Source: Macrostomum lignano
Taxonomy: Eukaryota
DNA length: 28,384 nt
NCBI GenBank assembly: GCA_002269645.1
Contig: NIVC01005027.1
Coordinates: forward strand, 1 to 28,384
Reading direction: 5' to 3'
A program made the translations under genes and the position numbers. The notes under the pieces are model-generated. The model was not told the DNA's origin. It saw only the letters and a program-made list of their open reading frames with translations, and ran no database searches. Each line of letters opens with the position of its first letter. The first letter of the stretch is position 1. Below are positions 23,101 to 28,384 of this stretch, piece by piece.

Positions 23101-26100
23101 TTCACGGACACGCAGGCCTGCAACCTGGATCCATGCCCTGGCTGCTCCTGGTCCAGCTGGTCACAGTGGAGCAACTGCACCGGCAGCGCTACCAGCGACA
23201 TCGGAGTGCGAGAACGGCGACGCCAGCCGAATCGGCAGCTGCAAAGAGCCGACCGCGACCTGCAGCCGTGCCAACTGCGCCCGGCACAGTCCAAATGCAA
23301 GCCCGGCCAGCTGCACAGCGCTGTCACAAACGTTACAGGCTGCGAGGTGGCTTGCTCTGCCGGCGCTAACGCTAGGACCCTCTGCTCACAGACTGACGCG
23401 TGCTAAGTGTGCCTGTGCCCCAAGGGTCAAGTGATGGGCCCGAATGGACAGTGCGTTGCCACTGACAAGTGGCAGATGCTTGCCAAAATCAATCAACTGT
23501 TCAAACTGGTAAGTTTCGAGTCAGTCTTGAGTAATACACACTGAAAACTTCTTGCAGAAAATGAGGGGCAACATCCCGCACGCCTAGACTAGTCAAGGAC
23601 ACTAGTAATATATTCTGGAAGTCCTTGGCTGTAGTTTTTACAACGTTTTTAGACACTGCACTTCCTAGGAATGGAAATTTTCAGCTCAAAAGCGTTCTCG
23701 AACGACATCGGAGTGCGAGAACGACGACGCCAACTGATCGGCAGCTGCAACGAAGCCGACCTTTTCGACATGTTTGATTAGTTCTCGGTCCAGAGTTATA
23801 AAGTCGCCCTTAAATCAAACTTTGCCCATCCAATCGAGTAGAAAGTATTTTGAATTATCGCAACTTGAACACCAAGAAATTCCACTCCGCTTCAAGCCAG
23901 TCTGCCTGAACGGCCAGCCGACCTGCCTGCCGGACATGAACTGCCACGTCTCTACACCGAGTGTCGACCTGCGGCTTGCTCAGCGCCTGCGCGAGGGTCT
24001 CAGCCCCGAACTCGCCAGCTGCTGCAGGAGGGCCGCCGGCCAGCCGGCTGCGGCAAGTCGGACATGATCGAGACGCGCCACTGCCAACGCCCGGCCGTGG
24101 CGGCTACGCTTGCAAAGATCGGAATGGCGACTTGTACACCGAGGGACAGGCTATGCCGGCGCTGGACCAGTGCTCCATGTGGTGAGCTCAAGCTCTTCAT
24201 GCATGTACACACCGTGCATCTCCTACATGCGTGTCTAATAGTGAGATTCGATCTGGCCTGGACCTCAGCATGCAGTTAGATACAGACGTTCGAAACATAT
24301 TTAATAACTACAAGCCTCACCCTTTTAATGTCGGTGGTGACTTTTAATGTCGGTTGGTGACTTTTAATGACGTTCGAAATCATATTTAATCAACTACAAG
24401 CCTCACCCTTTTAATGTCGGTTGGTGACTTTTAATGTCGGTTGGTGACTTTTAATGTCGGTTGGTGACTTTTAATGTCGGTGGTGACTTCTAATGTTGTC
24501 AAGCATTCCGCAACCTTTATTGCACGCATTATATTGGAGATTACACTATTTATTTTTTAATACTGTACGCGTATGCGTAATTCCAAACTGTTTCTCGCAC
24601 AGACAGCATTATTAACATCCTCAACCAACTGCAGCTTCTGCCGCGCCAATCGCACCGAGTGTGTCAGCAAGGCGAAGGTAGGCGAGCCGGTGCCCACCCC
24701 GGTCTGGTCGGCCTGGTCAACCTGGAGCTCCTGCGTCAGCGCGGCTGCCAACAACCGACGCCAGGAGCGGCGCCGCCGGTGCGTGCGCATCTGTCCAGAC
24801 GACCCCAGGAAGTGCGGAGAGTTCTTCGAAAGGAGGAATCGGTCGAATGGAAGGCTTGCCTTCCCAAAACACCGCGTAAGCACTTTGAAATAACAGTGTT
24901 GGACGGGTGGGGTCGCAACTCTCCCATTTCTACCGCAGCTCAGCGCTGCTTCAAGCGTACTAACCGATATCAACTCAGCTTAACTTGCATGTTCTGGCGA
25001 CCTCTCTTCTCCCAGTTCTGAAACGAGACTGCATTGTGTCGCCGGATTGGATCGAGGGCACCTGCTACGCCAACTGCATGGTCCGCTCCGCTGTGGCCAA
25101 AGAGGATTCCGCACTCTCTACCGGCGAATCCTTCAGCTGCCGGCGAACGGAGGCGCTCCGTGCCCGAACTGCGCCGCGAAGACGTGCCGTGCACGAAGAC
25201 CTGCCCAGTCGACTGCTCGCAGACCGCCTGGTCTGCCTGGGGCGCCTGCGTCGCGCCTCCAACTCCGGCTGCTCCGGCCTGCAAGTGCGGTCGCGCGGCG
25301 TCTTAGTGCCGCCCGCCAACGGAGGCCGCGCCTGCGAGGACGCCAAGCAGCTTCGGGTCCTGTCTGGCGCCCGGCTGCCAGACCAGCGCCTGTCGGGCTC
25401 CAATGACGAAGCAGCCGCTACAGCAGAGCCGATGCATCGTCCGCTGCTCTGATCTGGCCAGCGAAGACAAGTGCGCGCCAGTCCAGGCTGCCAACGCTGC
25501 GGCCGTCAATGCAACAGCGTGTGCCTGTCCTGCTGGCCAGTACGAACAGGACGGTCGCTGCGTGGCCAAGCAGGCCTGCCGATGCCGCTGGAACGAGGAA
25601 CTGATGGGCCAGCGAAGTCCCGGCACCAGGGAGGAGTTCGCAGCGGGGAGCGGCTTGTCATGGGCTGCAAGAACTGGTGAGCGGCGGTGAACTCTTCTGC
25701 ACTTACTAAATACCCATTGAAGCACATGTACTACTGTTCAAACAACCAATGTACTGACTGCATAGTGGCCTATCCTGCAATCAGAGAATACAGATGATTG
25801 TAAGGTGGCTTAGACCACTGCCACAAATCAAGACGACATGACAGTCGACCCTGAACACCCCACCCGGATGCGTATGCGGGCTCACACAGGTGTACAGTAG
25901 GGGGCGTAGCCTAGCGGTCTAACGCAGCGCTCTGATGTTTCAGCGGCCCAGGCTCGATTCCAAGTCCAGTCATAATAATTTGGGGTTAAATTGGAATCTC
26001 GGCTTGGCTCTGCTCGTGCAATTAACGGCCAGCTTGAGGGCCAACCTCCAAGGCACAGTGAAGTGTATATGCCTAACGATAAATAAAGTCAGGGCCGCTG

Positions 26101-27833
26101 TACACTCCTGTGTGAGTGTGTGCCTGTGCGTATGACTGCGTACGTATCCTTGCGCTTGTGTGCCTGCTCAGGGGATGCTCAGTGCATACTACTAGCACAC
26201 AGCCACCCTTCTCTGCCTCTAATACAGGGTGTACTGCACCCTGACATTCTTATCGTCAGGAGTGTACACTTTTTGTAGCTTTTGTGGGTTGCCCTTTATT
26301 GGCCAGAATAGTGCAGAAAACTCTGGGCCAATATTCGTGCACTAAAGCCCCAAGTTGAGTGTGGCTCACTCACGGAATTTAACCCATGGGGTCGTATGGC
26401 GCGAGGGTGACGCGTTTACCGCTGAGCAGCCCCCCACCCATGTAAAGGTGGCTACCTGATTGCTAATTATCGTTACTCTGCCGGTATTTAACAGCACCTG
26501 CCAGGACGGAGTGTTCAAGTGCAACCGGCTGTCGAGCTGCTCGGACGAGTGCCACTGGTCCAACTGGCGTCCCGAAGGCAAATGCACCGCGGCTGCCGGC
26601 TCAAGCCGGGCCTGCAGAAGTTTGTGCGCTCGCGAGAAACTCGGACTACCTGCCGACTAAGGCCTGCCAGGGACCGTCGGTGAAATACGAGCTGTGCAGC
26701 TCAACTCGAAGCTGCGGTAAGTGTGCAAAAAATATGAAACTTTTGCCTAATGTCAATCTACAAATGAGTACTAAGTCTCTCTAAACTTTCGATCTCTAAG
26801 TTGTGTACCGCACAAAATGCAATAAGCATCAGCCCGGTAGCAGACCCTAAATTTCAGCTGCCGTCATCCAGATTCATAAGCCCTAATCTTTTCAATTCCT
26901 AACTGAAACGCCTTGAAAGCTCAATAAAACAGTTAAGGTTCAGGGGGGTTCTAGCCTAGTGGTTAGAGCGTCGGACTCACGACTTGAAGGTCGGGGTTCG
27001 ATTCCCGATCCACTAGGAACAATTTGTGTCCTTAAACAAGGCATTTAACTCTGAATTTCTTCAGTTCACTCAGCTGTAAAATGGTTGCCAGCATTAGCTG
27101 GGGTAATTGAGGGTGCGTGGCGACCCCCCCCCCAGTCCTTGGACTGAACAGCCGTACGCAGCCTTCAGATGCGCGCGCAATAGCTGCGGCTGAGCTGTGG
27201 GTTGCACATCTCGATTGGGGCAAATGTAATCAATACGATTTTTATGGTTATTATTAATTAGTTTATATAACGCTAGGCGCTGGAAGTGTTGCCTCACAGG
27301 CGTCGCCCTTCATCCTCACTTCCCCTTCCCGTCCATCCAGACTCGCTGTGCCCCAGCGGACAGCGCTACAACGAATTTGGCGAGTGCGATGAGCAGTGCT
27401 ACTCAGCGGCAGCCTCGGACAGCCGCAGCGTCAGCGCTGCCCAGAGCAGGCCTGCGTCTGCGCGCGCGGTCTGGTGAAACGTGGCGACTCGTGCGTGCCC
27501 AAATCCGAGTGCTACAAGTGCTCCAGCGGCAATACTACTCTGCCGGTGAGTAGTTAAGTGGTACACGTGTAGGATTTTAATAATTTTGCTTTCGGAAGTT
27601 TGACCCGCTGCTTATATATTACTAGGAATATCAGCATGTAGCCGTAGGCAAGCGTCATTCAGAAAAACAATTCATTCGCATTTTTCATTTAAACAGGACG
27701 GCGGCTACTCCGTGGACTTGCAGCCTGCCAGATTGTCACCTGCGACAAGGGCAGAACAAGCGCTGTGCCGCTCAGCGTCGACCAGATGCCGGCCTGCAGT
27801 CTGGAGGACGAACGGATCGCCCAGTCAGCGCCA
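1..27833 (+). CDS. Mlig-ap2: Partial (5'- and 3'-truncated) multi-exon gene for a giant secreted adhesive/mucin/SCO-spondin-like protein: 221-aa repeat array followed by TSP1/TIL/vWC-like modules; probably Macrostomum adhesion protein 2
   Basis: Ten + strand exons with GT..AG borders were reconstructed by eye: <1-20176, 20252-20465, 20542-20707, 20833-23508, ~23897-24181, 24635-24875, 25016-25676, 26495-26716, 27341-27545, 27697-27833. The gene name rests on my recollection that Mlig-ap2 has a central block of 221-aa repeats followed by TSP1/TIL/vWC domains; it was not checked by search. Numerous frameshifting indels are present. Confidence 0.72.
20252..20465 (+). CDS. Exon: end of vWC-like module + TSP1 repeat
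   Basis: Acceptor TTCGTTTTTAG|; translation VCR..DCSSWSSWSNCSSECDAGFKTRMKIC..EKCFNQVEREPCFNRRCS with one frameshift near 20380; donor |GTATGT at 20466. Confidence 0.85.
20542..20707 (+). CDS. Exon: TSP1 repeat
   Basis: Acceptor poly-T TCAG|; TECNPAEWGPWSPCSGECSTLLSERKRQ..FCKKVQLPESRLCP; donor |GTAAGT at 20708. Confidence 0.88.
20833..23508 (+). CDS. Large exon: TIL domain, ~1.5-kb Ser/Thr/Pro/Ala-rich region, vWC-like, three TSP1, TIL, start of vWC-like
   Basis: Acceptor TTCCTCTTTCAG|; TIL (NCSNQCPFTCGHL..CVPG..YYLQDGRCVPQSQC); TSP1 motifs WSTWTAWSNC, TCGGGLQTRLR..DGAPC..TQACNLDPC and WSSWSQWSNC; TIL end CLCPKGQVMGPNGQCV; donor TG|GTAAGT at 23509. Many frameshifts; a small internal intron cannot be excluded. 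Confidence 0.72.
21115..22243 (+). repeat. Four dispersed copies of an 18-aa peptide motif RIRGTAA(P/D)D-xx-x(M/L)(L/R)IPxL
   Basis: Copies at 21115-21168, 21305-21357, 21429-21482 and 22191-22243; copies 2 and 4 need one extra G to stay in frame. Confidence 0.8.
23703..23761 (+). repeat. Intronic direct copy (~59 bp) of exonic TSP1 segment 23196-23254
   Basis: CGACATCGGAGTGCGAGAAC is identical in both, followed by a few mismatches/indels up to the shared GCCGACC. Confidence 0.9.
23897..24181 (+). CDS. Exon: vWC-like end, TSP1, start of next vWC-like module
   Basis: CLNGQPTCLPDMNCHV..RTRQLLQEGRRPAGCGKSDMIETRHCQ..ACKDRNGDLYTEGQAMPALDQCSMC across frameshifts; donor TG|GTGAGC at 24182; acceptor uncertain (AG at 23895-96 or 23899-900). 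Confidence 0.72.
24285..24496. repeat. Intronic minisatellite (CTTTTAATGTCGGTTGGTGA, 20 bp) within an ~84-bp-offset tandem duplication
   Basis: Leader GACGTTCGAAA(T)CATATTTAAT(C)AACTACAAGCCTCACC occurs at 24285 and 24369. It is followed by ~2.5 and ~4.5 units respectively. Confidence 0.93.
24635..24875 (+). CDS. Exon: vWC-like end + TSP1 repeat
   Basis: Acceptor CTGCAG|C completes the Cys codon TG|C; FCRANRTECV..VWSAWSTWSSCV..RRQERRRRCVRIC..EESVEWKACLP; donor |GTAAGC at 24876. Confidence 0.88.
25016..25676 (+). CDS. Exon: two TSP1 repeats, TIL, start of vWC-like module
   Basis: Acceptor CTCTCTTCTCCCAG|; RDCIVSPDWIEGTCYANC..RRILQLPANGGAPC..CTKTCPVDCSQTAWSAWGAC..SRGVLVPPANGGRAC..CACPAGQYEQDGRCVAKQACRC..GCKNC; donor TG|GTGAGC at 25677. 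Confidence 0.87.
25900..26274 (+). mobile_element. tRNA-derived SINE-like / Pol III-type element
   Basis: A-box TAGCCTAGCGG (25907-25917) and B-box-like GGCTCGATTCC (25951-25961) at tRNA spacing; no closing acceptor stem. First T run of four or more is at 26270-26274. The 3' boundary is inferred. Confidence 0.55.
26495..26716 (+). CDS. Exon: vWC-like end + TSP1 repeat
   Basis: Acceptor TTTAACAG|C completes TG|C; TCQDGVFKCNRLSSCSDECHWSNWRPEGKC..KACQGPSVKYELCS; donor G|GTAAGT at 26717. Confidence 0.87.
26943..27262 (+). mobile_element. tRNA-derived SINE with CORE-like central domain
   Basis: A-box TAGCCTAGTGG (26952-26962) and B-box GGTTCGATTCC (26995-27005). Then TGTGTCCTTAAACAAGGCATTTAAC..CTTCAGTTCACTCAGCTGTAAAATGG (~27024-27084) resembles the MIR/CORE consensus TGTGTGACCTTGGGCAAGT.ACTTAAC..CCTCAGTTTCCTCATCTGTAAAATGG. 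TTA-rich tail near 27240-27262; no clear TSD. Confidence 0.8.
27341..27545 (+). CDS. Exon: TIL domain + start of vWC-like module
   Basis: Pyrimidine tract and CCATCCAG|; SLCPSGQRYNEFGECDEQCY..CPEQACVCARGLVKRGDSCVPKSECYKC; donor G|GTGAGT at 27546. Confidence 0.85.
27697..27833 (+). CDS. Exon: vWC-like segment; gene continues beyond window
   Basis: Acceptor TTTTCATTTAAACAG|; phase 1 matches the previous exon; GRRLLRGLAACQIVTCDKGRTSAVPLSVDQMPACSLEDERIAQSAP is open throughout; donor |GTAAGC at 27834. Confidence 0.8.
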
Positions 27834-27900
27834 GTAAGCACCTGTTTAGCTGCTTTTCTGCTCGCGTGAATGTTGCAGTCTGGCTTAGGAGGCAAGTCTT

Positions 27901-28384
27901 AGTCTCACTCAGGGTGGTACAGTCTCATCAGGGAGGCACGGTCTCACTCAGGGAGTACAGTCTCACTAGGGAGGTACAGTCTCACTCAGGGGGTACAGTC
28001 TCACTCAGGGAGGTACAGTCTCACTCAGGTGGTACAGTCTCCTCGGAGCACAGTCTCACTCAGGGAGGCACAGTCTCACTCAGGGTGGTACAGGTCTCAC
28101 TCAGGGAGCACAGTCTCACTCAGGGAGGCACAGTCTCACTCAGGGTGGTACAGTCTCACTCAGGGGTACAGTCTCACTCAGGGAGGCACAGTCTCACTCA
28201 GGTGGTACAGTCTCACTCAGGGTGGAGAGTCTCACAAGCAGTCAATTCACTCAGAGAGGTACAATCTCACTCAGGGAGGCAGGTCTCACTCAGGGTGGTA
28301 CAGTCTCACTCAGGGAGTACAATCTCATTCAGGGAGGTACAATCTCACTCAGGGAGGTACAATTTCACTCAGGGAGGTACAGTC
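27901..28384. repeat. Intronic minisatellite, ~20-bp unit AGTCTCACTCAGGG(A/T)GG(T/C)AC, about 24-25 copies, running off the window end
   Basis: Directly visible tandem units with GGGTGGTA, GGGAGGCA and GGGAGGTA variants and small indels. Confidence 0.96.

Noticed and set aside
23589-23634. Imperfect inverted repeat (TAGTCAAGGAC ... GTCCTTGGCTG) as a MITE
   Set aside because: Too short and imperfect, with no target-site duplication seen.
26943-27015. Genuine tRNA genes here and at 25900-25972
   Set aside because: A and B boxes are present, but the acceptor stems do not close and the anticodon arms are irregular. The 26943 head continues directly into a CORE-like SINE body.
20181-27895. Many short ORFs on both strands as separate genes
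   Set aside because: Plus-strand ORFs are frameshifted fragments of the exons or run into introns. Minus-strand ORFs are GC-rich shadows without domains.
24322-28384. CRISPR-like arrays in the 20-bp repeats (24322-24496 and 27901-28384)
   Set aside because: Units are contiguous with no unique spacers, there are no cas genes, and the context is spliceosomal introns.

Overview
This is eukaryotic (animal) DNA holding the 3' part of one giant, + strand, intron-containing gene for a secreted modular protein; neither start nor stop codon lies in the window. Bases 1-20022 are about 30.2 tandem copies of a 663-bp (221-aa) unit that are almost base-for-base identical. Each unit reads as a 155-aa Cys-to-Cys module resembling a degenerate, Trp-less discoidin (F5/8 type C) beta-sandwich plus a 66-aa Thr/Pro-rich mucin-like linker. 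The same exon continues in an AT-rich diverged form to a GTAAGT donor at 20177, so it is at least 20,176 bp long. Nine further exons (20252-27833) encode about 10 TSP1, 4 TIL and several vWC-like modules plus a Ser/Thr/Pro-rich stretch with four copies of an unrecognised RIRGTAAPD motif. From memory, unverified here, this matches the flatworm adhesion gene Mlig-ap2 of Macrostomum lignano. The exons carry many small indels while splice signals and phases mostly stay consistent, which suggests long-read consensus error. Introns contain two tRNA-derived SINE-like elements (one with a CORE-like domain), two 20-bp minisatellites and a copy of a piece of the upstream exon. The long antisense ORFs are shadows of the repeat.
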